A DNA stretch of 31,277 bases from NCBI RefSeq assembly GCF_006345805.1, contig NW_021832328.1, positions 1 to 31,277 of the forward strand, in the 5' to 3' direction. The notes beneath the pieces were generated by a model that ran no database searches, was not told the DNA's origin, and saw nothing but the letters and a program-made list of their open reading frames with translations. Below, one piece after another: positions 9,689-19,370 of this stretch. Every line of letters begins with the position of its first letter. Within the stretch, counting starts at the first letter, position 1. Both the position numbers and the translations under genes were made by a program. Source of the stretch: Octopus sinensis (Eukaryota).

Positions 9689-9928
9689 TATGTATATACG
9701 ACGGGCTTCTTTCAGTTTCCGTCTACCAAATCCACTCACAAGGCTTTGGTCGGCTCGAGGCTATAGTAGAAGACACTTGCCCAAGGTGCCACGCAGTGGG
9801 ACTGAACCCGGAACCGTGTGGTTGGTAAGCAAGTTACTTACCACACAGCCACTCCTGCACATAAATTTTAACAGCAAAATCTTATATAGACCCCTAAGTG
9901 CCATTTGAATCTCGGTTGAGAACCATAG
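9204..9928. mobile_element. hAT (Charlie-like) MITE with nested SINE
   Basis: TIRs CAGCGGTTCTCAAC (9204-9217) and GTTGAGAACCATAG (9915-9928), 11/14. 8-bp TSD GTCTAGTT (9196-9203) / CTCTAGTT (9929-9936) with the TCTAG core typical of Charlie-type hAT targets. Confidence 0.75.
9375..9860 (-). mobile_element. Full-length SINE type A with long internal (AC)n(AT)n
   Basis: Minus strand reads GTGCAGGAGTGGCTGTGTGGTAAG (A box)...GGGTTCAGTCCC (B box)...GGCACCTTGGGCAAGTGTCTTCTACTATAGCC core, then microsatellite ~9560-9697 and tail TGACTGAAACAAGCAAAAGAGT. Confidence 0.92.
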
Positions 9929-10049
9929 CTCTAGTTGTTAATGAACTGGTGTGACGCTACAACGTTCCATTTATAAGGGAGCTGCTGTCGATCCCCATTA
10001 ATCTGGATGCCATTCCCCGCTGTTAATAGCTTAATCTTCTTATAGAGGT

Positions 10050-10175
10050 ACAAACCCTCGGTTGTGGGGATAGATTTTAGTCGATTAGAACAGCTCATTT
10101 GTTCTACAACTGATACATATTAAATCGAACGCTGGGGAATGAAAAGAAAAGTTGACCTCGGCGAGATTTGAACTA
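10050..10175 (-). mobile_element. Fragment of SINE type C
   Basis: GAATGAAAAGAAAAGTTGACCTCGGCGAGATTTGAACT is the reverse complement of the type C B-box and central domain. Confidence 0.55.
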
Positions 10176-10311
10176 TTTCGTTATCCAGAACTTTTAAGCC
10201 TAAAATTCAAAAGCAAAGAGAAAGAAAGAAAGAAAGAAATATATGTGTACAGAATTAAATGAGATGAAGTGTGTATCGTAATTTGCATATGTTTTTTTTT
10301 TTGTTAAAGTT

Positions 10312-10517
10312 CTTTTCTTTTCCTTGTTTCAGCCATTAGACTGCGGCCATGCTGGGGCACCGCCTTGAAACGTTTTTAGTCGAATGAATGGACCCCAGTG
10401 CTTATTTGTTTTAATCCTGGTACTTATGGTACTTATTCTATCGGTCTCTTTTGCCGAACCGCTTGGTTACGGAGATGTAAACACACCAACAACGGTCGGT
10501 TGTAAAGCCGTAGTGGA

Positions 10518-10594
<77 letters not shown>

Positions 10595-10648
10595 TTTCTT
10601 TTCAGTCCCCGTCTTGCAAATCCACTCACAAGGCTTTGGTTCGCCCGA
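10312..10648 (-). mobile_element. SINE type A lacking its head
   Basis: Tail, GCCGAACCGC block, (AC)n at 10521-10591 and AAATCCACTCACAAGGCTTTGG. It ends before the tRNA head. Confidence 0.85.
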
Positions 10649-11681
10649 CGTAAAATTCTTTACTATATTCATATTTAAAAGAAACATTTACGAATTTACT
10701 ATTTTCATATACCAAATATAACGAACACGTAAACAATAAGAATAAACAGCATGAACATATTTCAGTGGGTTGTGTAGTCCCGTTTAATCAAACGATAACA
10801 GATCGGTATCACGAACAATAGTAAACATTAAGGAAATAGAATCCCCTCAAAGTATAACGAATAATTTATTACAAAACAATAATTCTTTCAATTATCTCCC
10901 TTTTTCTTTCTTTTTCTCTTTTTACTTCCGATGTCAAATATTCATAATACAATCTAATACGGAAGAGCATATTAGATTGCACTTCATGATAAGGATTAAG
11001 CTGAACCGATATCTATAGAATAAAATTATTAAAGACTTCCCCGCTGAGTTATTGAATCGGCTATCATATTTCTAATAGTAGCGAGGTCAAAGCGAAAACG
11101 ACTGGCGAGTTTTGTATCGAGTGCAGGTCGTTAATAAATAATTAACAAGGCAAAAACTTAACATTCTCTCTGTGAGTAGAACTTTAATTTTCCTTTCAAC
11201 TTGTCTTCTTGGTGCTGTTAATTGCCGTCTATTATGTTATTTGTAACTCTAGGTTGCACTGCAGGAGGAAGTTCAAGTCCATAGAGTCCATGTTTCGAAA
11301 GAAGAAGAAGAAAGAAAGAAAGAAAGAAAAAGAAAGGAAAAATGAAGATATACAAGTTATAAAGAATGATTAATCATCTTGTATTCTGTTGTAACATGAT
11401 AAACAATGCACGTCTATGCTTGTGCGTGTGTACACTATGAATATCATAGGTTAAGTGGCTGTAGCATACAGTGTCACTTATATAAAGTTTATGAAGTATG
11501 GCTGTTTAAGTAAATAGCAAAGAAATATTTTAGGATTGCCACTAATCTCCTTTCTCATTCGATTTGGTCAACAGCTAATTTACGTTTGGGACATAACAGG
11601 GTACAACAAAAACAACAACAGGTTTTAGATTGGTGTGAATATTGAGGAATGCGGGGGAACGTGAAGTAGATAAAGCTCTGA

Positions 11682-11882
11682 ATAATGGTTTCAAATTTGG
11701 GCCCAGGACCAGCAATTTTAAGGGAGGAGTAGGTCGATGTAAGTGACTCCAGTGTTTAACTGACACTTATTTTATCAACCGTGAAATGGATGAAAGGCAA
11801 AGGTGACCTTGGCAGAATTTGAAGCAGAGTGTAAAGAACCGGAAGAAATTCCACCGAGCATTTTGTCCGACCAGTTAACGTT
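11682..11882 (-). mobile_element. Degenerate SINE type C
   Basis: AATGGTTTCAAATTT tail, GGATGAAAGGCAAAGGTGACCTTGGCAGAATTTGAA central/B-box block. Confidence 0.7.
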
Positions 11883-11949
11883 TCTACCGGTTCATCCCTT
11901 TCAGTTAAAGCTAAAAATAATTACGTGTAGATATTGGATTAAAAAACCC

Positions 11950-12120
11950 TACAAAAAATGTGAGCCCGTGTTTCACGATCAGCTTTCAACTTTTTCTATG
12001 CAAAGGGATCTTTTACCAGATATTTACACGTTATTATTTGTAGCATTATCTACTCCGAGTTCCACCGTTAAAGAGGAATTATTTCACGCTTCTCGAAATT
12101 TTAAAATCCTTATGAAGTAA
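11950..12120 (+). pseudogene. Possible relic of hAT transposase C-terminal dimerisation domain
   Basis: LLPDIYTLLFVALSTPSSTVKEELFHASRNFKILMK loosely resembles the hATC pattern FP.I..LL.IAL.LP.ST...ER.FS....K..LR. Weak, eyeballed similarity. Confidence 0.3.
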
Positions 12121-12321
12121 ACAACAAATCCGTACATACCTAGTTTTTTGGGGAGAGGCGATCTTAAAGTCCTTCAGTAACAGGGAACTTTATCCATGGA
12201 GCTAATCCACATTTTAACAGGATATGAAAATGCAGGCCTGCCTAACCGAGGAATTCCTGTCTCAATAAGTAGTGTGAAATATTCGCTAAATGTTGTAATA
12301 AGGGAGATATTTCCAGGGAAT

Positions 12322-12576
12322 AGCCAGGCATTAGACAGCGGCCATGTTGGGGCACCGACTTGAAGAAATCTAGTCGAACGAATCGACCCCAGTACTTATT
12401 ATTTTAAAGCCTATTACTTGTTCTATCGGGCCCCTTTGCTGAACCGCTAAGTCTCGAGGACATAAACACACCATCACCGGCTGTCAAGCAGTAGTAGGGT
12501 ATAAACATACATACTCACACGCACACACTTGCACGAACGCACGCGCACACCCACTCACACACACACCAACTCACAC

Positions 12577-12612
<36 letters not shown>

Positions 12613-12758
12613 CAGGCTTCTTTCAGTTTCCGTCTACTAAATCCATTCACAAAGCTTCGGTCGGCCCGAGGCTTTAGTAGAAGACACTTGTCCAAGGTAC
12701 CACGCAGTGGAACTGAACCAGGAACCATGTGGTTGGGAAGCAAACGTCACACCACACA
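12322..12758 (-). mobile_element. SINE type A
   Basis: All type A blocks present, internal (AC)n at ~12510-12610. Confidence 0.88.
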
Positions 12759-12961
12759 CGTTGATCCTTATAGTAATTAATTATGCATCCAGTGGCTCGG
12801 TGGAGTGAGTTATGAATAACTAAGTGTCACGGTCCCTAACACAACATAGTACTGATGCTAAGGTACGTAACCTCACACCCACCGCCGACTGGTTGTCTGG
12901 ATTATCGTATCTTCACCATAAGTACTTTAAAAAAAATCAGGTGAAGATTGGATAATTAACA

Positions 12962-13072
12962 AGCAGGAAGTAACTCGGTTGTGTGCTTAAGAAGTTCGCT
13001 TCTCAACCATTTTTGCTTCCGTGTTCTGTCCCTCGGCGCAGTATCTTGGAAAAACGGTTTCTACTAGCCTCT
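12962..13072 (+). mobile_element. Degenerate head fragment of SINE type A
   Basis: GGTTGTGTGCTTAAGAAGTTCGCTTCTCAACCA...TTTCTACTAGCCTC resembles the type A head and core. Confidence 0.45.
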
Positions 13073-13126
13073 TCCTTTGAGTGAAATTTGATTGAAGGAA
13101 ACTGTATGGAAGCTCGTTACATAAAG

Positions 13127-13496
13127 GTGTAGGCGTGACTGGCTGTGTGGTAAGGTGTTTGCTTTCCAACAACATTTTTCCGTGTTCAGTTCCACTGCGT
13201 GGCACCTTGGGCATGTGTTTTCTACTCCATAAATCCCGGGCTGACCAAAGCCTTGTGAGTGGATTCGATATATGATGGGCTTCTTTCAGTCTCTGTCTAT
13301 ATGTATTTGTGTGTGTGTATGTGTGTGTGTACATGTGCATGTTCGCACGCGCGTTTATATCTGTGTTTCCTCACCTCAGCTTCACAACCGGCTGGGTTTG
13401 TTTACGTCCCCGTAAACTTAGCGGTTCGGCCAAATCGTTCGAATGGATAAGTAACAGGCTTAAAATTAAGTATTGGGGTTGATTCGTTCGACTAAC
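13127..13496 (+). mobile_element. SINE type A with internal 26-bp inversion
   Basis: Head TGGCTGTGTGGTAAG...GTTCAGTTCC, core GGCACCTTGGGCATGTG, inverted block at 13274-13299, and 3' part CCCCGTAAACTTAGCGGTTCGGC. Confidence 0.85.
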
Positions 13497-13784
13497 ATTC
13501 ATTATTCTATAATTATTTTATAATTTAAAGTTTATTTATAACTTACAATACTAAATCCTAAAACTAAACAGATGTTACTAGAATCACCAAAATTTATATA
13601 TATATCTATTTTTTTTATACTTGGGGAAGGTCATGTTTTGCTTTGCCAACTAAACACACGCACTATATATTTGGCCTTTTCTTTAGAGTTATCATTATTT
13701 TAGTTTCTTTGTCAAAGCTCGACACACATACTGTGACCTCTTCAGCGACTTTTTATCCCACGTGTCGCCGCTTCTACTTTCTAC

Positions 13785-13828
13785 TTATATGTATGTATCT
13801 ATGTGTGTGTGTGTTTATCTATAGGCGT

Positions 13829-13900
<72 letters not shown>
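13785..13900. repeat. (GT)/(CA)n microsatellite
   Basis: Direct inspection; (CA)n at ~13832-13898. Confidence 0.9.
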
Positions 13901-13901
<1 letters not shown>

Positions 13902-14208
13902 ATATCGTCATTAATTCGTTCTCGACAATTTTCTATTTATTTCACGTGACTGTTAGCTTTATACTGCTGATCACAGAGGTTTAATATTTTTGATCAGTAT
14001 CTTATGAGATGTTTTCAAAACAGAACATTCTGTAGCGGAAGACATTCTTCAAAATACAATCTCGCATATTTCATTTATACGTTGACTCTTTTTGTTTCTT
14101 TTTCGCTTTTTCGCTTAAGCCACAGCCCCAAATAATATACAATTTGCATATACTTTTGTTGAGCACTTTGTGTGAAGAATATCTCGCTAATATATACGCT
14201 GTGAATAA

Positions 14209-14588
14209 GGCGGTGATCTGGCAGAAACGTTAGCACGCCGGGCGAAATGCGTAGCCGTATTTCGTCTGCCGCTACGTTCTGAGTTCAAATTCCGCCGAGG
14301 TCGACTTTGCCTTTCATCCTTTCGGGGTCGATTAAATAAGTACCAGTTACACACTGGTGTCGATGTAATCGACTTAATCCGTTTGTCTGTCCTTAGCCCC
14401 TTGTGGGTAGTAAAGAAATAAGTATTTCGTCTGCCGTTACGTTCTGAGTTCAAATTCCGCCGAGATCGTCTTTGCCTTTCATCCTTTCGGGGTCGATAAA
14501 TTAAGTACCAGTTACGTCCTGGGTCGATCTAATCGATTGGCACCCTCCCCCCAAATTTCGAGGTTTGTGTCTAGATTAGAAAATAATA
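14209..14588 (+). mobile_element. SINE type C partial dimer (full unit with Tx1-like tail, then head-less unit with standard tail)
   Basis: Head GGCGGTGATCTGGCAGAAACG (A box), GAGTTCAAATTC (B box) and central GACTTTGCCTTTCATCCTTTCGGGGTCGAT..AAGTACCAG. The second unit starts GTATTTCGTC at 14422. Confidence 0.9.
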
Positions 14589-14591
14589 TAT

Positions 14592-14786
14592 AAATGGTTT
14601 CAAATTTTGCCACAAGGGCAGCCATTTTTGGTGTGGGGCGGGTATAAATCGATTTCATCATCCCCAGTGTTTTACTGGTACTTAATTTATCGACCCCGAA
14701 AAATGAAAGGCAAAGTCGACCTCAGCGGGATTTGAACTCAGAATGAAACGACGGTCGAAATGCAACGATTCAGACAGCTCACCGCT
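14592..14786 (-). mobile_element. SINE type C, tail-to-tail with the previous copy
   Basis: Reverse complement of the type C central domain (ACTGGTACTTAATTTATCGACCCCGAAAAATGAAAGGCAAAGTCGACCTC). Confidence 0.85.
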
Positions 14787-15381
14787 TTAATACCCTGTGA
14801 ATAATATAATAAAGGCAAGGCTAACATGTCGGTCGGTTTAACCCCACCGCCTATGACTTGGGTGACACTGGTCGGGAAAATTTAGCGATCACTGTTGATT
14901 GTAAAATTTATCGGAACAATAGACAAGTGATTTCTCCAAGGGCAAATCCAACACTTGTCAGCTTTAGGCTAAGAACAGTGGGGTGAGAAGATAATAATTT
15001 CCGACATTGAGTGGTAGGCTTAGCATGACTCCCAATTTAACACCATCATCTTTTGTATTAGATTGTTCTGTCTGATGGAAGCAATCAGTTTAGTTACCTG
15101 ACTCTCTCTCTCTCTATCTCTCTCCGTCCACGTTTAAGCCGAAAAGATTGATTTGTTTATAAACAGGCTGGGCAACAGGATTGCATTAAGCTCTCAGTAG
15201 TTTGGAGGGTTTGCAACGAACAGGTGCACTGCTTTGCTTCCTCTGACTAAATTATCAGAACAAAGCAAAAACAAATAGGTACAGGTTTCTTAGGAAAGGC
15301 TATCGTGGACGGGATCGAATTCAGTATATAAGGAGCAGTTATTTATCAGCTGTTGGTGGGTTCTTGAACTAACTCAATCAT

Positions 15382-15481
15382 ATGTAGGTGTGAGGTAAGA
15401 AGCTTACTTCCCAACCACATGGTTCCGTGTTCGGTCCCACTGCGTGGCACCTTGGGCAAGTGTCTTCTACTATAGCCCGTC

Positions 15482-15517
<36 letters not shown>

Positions 15518-15743
15518 TTATATGTATATATGTTTGTGTGTCTGTGTTTGTCCCCCTCCCCCACCATTGCTTGAGAACTGGTATTGGTGTGTTTGTGTTC
15601 CCGTAACTTAGCGGTTCGGCAAAAGAGACGATAGAATAAGTACTGGGCTTACAAAGAATAAGTCCTGGGGTCGACTTATTCGACTAAAGCGGTGTTCCAG
15701 CATGGCCACACACAAATGACTGAAACAAATAAATGAATAAAAG
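15382..15743 (+). mobile_element. SINE type A with a 55-bp internal deletion
   Basis: Head and core present. CTATAGCC joins directly to CGTCG at 15474-15477; microsatellite and tail follow. Confidence 0.88.
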
Positions 15744-15834
15744 ACTGATTTGAACCGTAAACTCTGACGTTGAAACAATGGAGGATACAATTGACTGAAA
15801 CTGATCCGGCTTACATTAAATGAGTTTCTGGTAG

Positions 15835-16057
15835 CCGTGAGCTCGCAGAGTCGTTAGAGCGTCGGAAAAATATCTGGCGGCATTTGTTCTGGATTTTTAC
15901 ATTTTGAGTTTAATTTCCTTCCCGGTCAACTTTGCCTTCCATCTTTTCAGAAACGATAAAGTACTAGTTGAGATCAGGGGTTGATATAATCTACCACATC
16001 CTTCTCTCCACCTGACCTCTCTCAAAATTACTGGCCTTATTTCTAAATCAGAAAACA
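15835..16057 (+). mobile_element. Degenerate SINE type C
   Basis: GAGCTCGCAGAGTCGTTAG head, GTCAACTTTGCCTTCCATC central block, AAAATTACTGGCCTT tail. Confidence 0.7.
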
Positions 16058-16216
16058 TTTAATAGGTTTTTGAGAAATGAAAGCCAGGGTCGACTTCGAT
16101 ATGATTCGAACATGGAACTTCACATTGTGTACATATCAATTACTTTCAACATCTAACACAATCGCTTTTCTCGACCTCTCCATTTCCCATTCGTTTTATC
16201 CTATAGTAGATATTGC

Positions 16217-17007
16217 TTTCAAATTTTGGCACAAGGCCAGCAATTTCGGGGAAAGGGGTAAGTCGATTACATCGACCCCAGTATTCAACTGGTACTTATT
16301 TTATCGTCACCGAAAGGATGAAAGGCAAAGTCAACTTTGGCAGAATTTGAATGCAGAACGTAAAGACGGACGAAATGGCGCTAATTCTTACGATTATTTT
16401 CTACTCTAGAAACAAGGCCCGAAACTTTTAGGGAATGGGCCAGTCGATTAGAACGACCCCAGTACGCAACTGGTACTTTTTTTAATCGACCCCCGAAAGG
16501 ATAAAACGCAAAGTCGACCTCGGCAGAATTTGAACTCAGAACGTAAAAACGGATGAAATGCCGTTAAGCATTCCACCCTCCGGTGTGCTAACGATTATTT
16601 TCTACTCTAGGAACAAGGCCCGAAACTTTTAGGGAATGGGCCAGTCGATTAGAACGACCCCAGTACGCAACTGGTACTTTTTTAATCGACCCCGAAAGGA
16701 TAAAACGCAAAGTCGACCTCGGCATAATTTGAACTCAGAACGTTAAAACGGATGAAATGCTGTTAAGCATTCCACCCTCCGGTGTGCTAACGATTATTCT
16801 CTACTCTAGGAACAAGGTCCAAAACTTTTGTGGAAGGGGCCAGTCGATTAGATCAACTCCCATTAAGCAACTGGTTCTTATTTAATCGACCCGAAAGGAT
16901 GAAAGGCTAAGTCGACCACGGCGGAATTTGAACTCAGAACGTAAGCACAGACGAAATACCGGTAAGCATTTCGCCCGACGTGCTAACGCTTCTGCCAGCT
17001 CGCCGCC
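16217..17007 (-). repeat. Tandem array of four SINE type C units (~200-bp period)
   Basis: Units start ACGATTATT at 16390, 16591 and 16790 (spacings 201 and 199). The first two are nearly identical, there is a partial unit at 16217-16380, and the SINE head ends at 17007. Confidence 0.92.
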
Positions 17008-17262
17008 TCTCAATAAGATATATTTCCATCCTAGGTTTCTAGTACTAACCTGTTGCATAATAGAACAGACGACTTTAAAAAGGATGACATGTTATATTTG
17101 TGCGTTTATTCTTCGCATTTTCCTTTTGAGATTAATAAGGCTTGAATTTAGTAACCCCAAAAAAGAACAAACCAGAACTACTCTCCCCACCCAATTCATT
17201 TAATTTTTTTTTTTTCTTCTTTTACATTTTAAATATTTGAATCAAGAAAGAACCAGTTACAA

Positions 17263-17263
<1 letters not shown>

Positions 17264-17323
<60 letters not shown>

Positions 17324-17324
17324 T

Positions 17325-17385
<61 letters not shown>
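17264..17385. repeat. (CTA)n microsatellite
   Basis: About 40 units with one interruption. Confidence 0.97.
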
Positions 17386-17386
<1 letters not shown>

Positions 17387-17760
17387 AGTTCATTAATGAC
17401 ATCATATCTCAGCACTGGCACAGTTGGCCCTCGGAAACTCCGGGAAGGATTTTGGGGGAAAGTTCGTGCGGAGAGAGAGCAAAGGTGCCGAAATAAATAA
17501 ATAGTTTACTCCATTCATAAATCAAAAAATGAGAATAAGTAAAATAATATAAAAATAAAAATAACATGAAAAATAAGTATAAAGAAAACAAGCAAATGAA
17601 ACATTAAAAAAAAACCGCATTAAGACAAAGAGAATAAATGAGAGAGGGAAAGTGGGGAAGAGGGAGAGAGGGGGAGAGAGAGAGAGAGAGAGAGGAGGAG
17701 GAGGAGGAAGAGAGACTGAGATGAGAAGCGACAATGACATAAAGGTAGGAAAAGGCTAGC

Positions 17761-18508
17761 TATGTATGTGTGTATGTATGTATGTATGTATGTATGCATG
17801 TATGTGTGTATGCATGTATGTGTGTATGTATGTTTGTGTGTATGTATGTATGTATGTATGCATGTATGTATGTATGTATGTATGTATGTATGTGTGTATG
17901 CATGTATGTATGTATGTATGTGTGTGTGTGTGTATGTATGTATGTGTGTATGTATGTATATATGTATGTATATGTGTGTATGTATGTATGTGTGTGTGTA
18001 TGTATGTATGTATGTATGTGTGTATGTGTGTGTATGTGTGTATGAATGTAGGTAAGAATGTTGGTATGTATGTTTCAATGAATGCATTTATATATGAATC
18101 ATATATGCATGCATGCATGCATGTATGAATGTATGTATGTATGTATGTTTGTATGTATGTATGTGTGAATTTATATATGTATGTGTGTATGTACGAATCT
18201 ATGTATGTATGAATGCATGTATTTATGAATGTATGTATGAATGTAGGTATGAATGTAGGTATGTATGTATGAATGAATGTATGTCTGTGTAAATTTATAT
18301 ATAGGTATAAATGTATTATGCACGAATGTATGTCTATATGTATGTATCTATGTATGCATGAATGTAGGTATTAAGGTAGGTATGTATATATGAATGTATG
18401 TATGCATGTATGTATGAATGTCGGTATGAATGAACGTATGTATGTATGAATGAATGAATGTATGTATGTATTATTACGTATATATGAGTGTATGTATCTA
18501 CGTATATC

Positions 18509-18541
<33 letters not shown>

Positions 18542-18569
18542 TGTTATATGTATGTATGTATATATATAT

Positions 18570-18605
<36 letters not shown>

Positions 18606-18666
18606 CATATATAACATATGTATGCATACCGGCATGCATACATACATACATACATACATACATACA

Positions 18667-18697
<31 letters not shown>

Positions 18698-18700
18698 GAA
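17761..18700. repeat. Long compound (TATG)n/(TG)n/(GAAT)n/(AT)n/(CATA)n tract
   Basis: Direct inspection; source of the spurious YVCM/HTYI ORFs. Confidence 0.95.
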
Positions 18701-18909
18701 AAATACATCCATTTCTCTTTCCGTACATGTGTGTGCGTGTATGTGTGTGTGTAGGGAAAGACAGATAGATGTGTACGCATATGTACGTATATAAATGTAT
18801 CTAGAATTACACACCTATAATGCATACTCGTAGACAAACACACACATTGACACTCACACACCTCAGATATATATAAGTATATAGTGAGGTAGATAATTCG
18901 TTAGGAACG

Positions 18910-19324
18910 TAGGTAGATAGATAAATAGGTAGGTAGGTAGATATTTAGATAGATAGATAAATAGATAGATAGGTATGTAATTAGAGGGTAGATAGAGGGA
19001 TATATAGATAGATAAATGGATAGGCATGTAGGTAGATAGAAGGTAGATAGATAGATAGGTAGGTAGGTAGGTAGGCAGATAGATAGATAGATAAATCGAT
19101 AGGTATGTAAGTAGATAGAAGGTAGATAGATAGGTAGGTAGATATATAGATAGTCATTTGGGTAGATAGGTAGATAGAAAGAGAGATGTGTAGATTAGGT
19201 AGGTAGATAAATAGAGAGAGAAAGAGAGTGAGCTGGGTAGATGGGTAGGTTTGTAGGTAGATAGAAGGTAGATAAATAGATAGATATATAGGTAGGTAGG
19301 AAGGTAGCTAGCTAGCTATCTACC

Positions 19325-19370
<46 letters not shown>
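18910..19370. repeat. (GATA)/(GGTA)n tract, left part of the Tx1 target
   Basis: Pure (GATA)n abuts the LINE 3' end at 19370. Confidence 0.95.

Noticed and set aside
11803-11930. N-terminal half of the 105-aa ORF at 11803-12120
   Set aside because: It is read through an antisense SINE-C copy. Only the distal part has weak hAT-like similarity.
15130-15300. Palindromic forkhead-like TGTTTATAAACA (15154-15165) with a nearby CAGGTG
   Set aside because: Short AT-rich motifs are expected by chance in 31 kb, and there is no independent support for an enhancer.
16390-16990. Regular ~200-bp repeats as a CRISPR-like array
   Set aside because: Whole units are duplicated, with no unique spacers. The context is eukaryotic and the units are SINE-derived.
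17237-18861. Many 60-155 aa ORFs (poly-L, YVCM, HTYI, CV, IY repeats), here and at 2136-2469, 9536-9908, 10384-10687, 23091-23920, 29628-30764 and 30953-31272
   Set aside because: They are translations of di-, tri- and tetranucleotide microsatellites, which lack stops in several frames.
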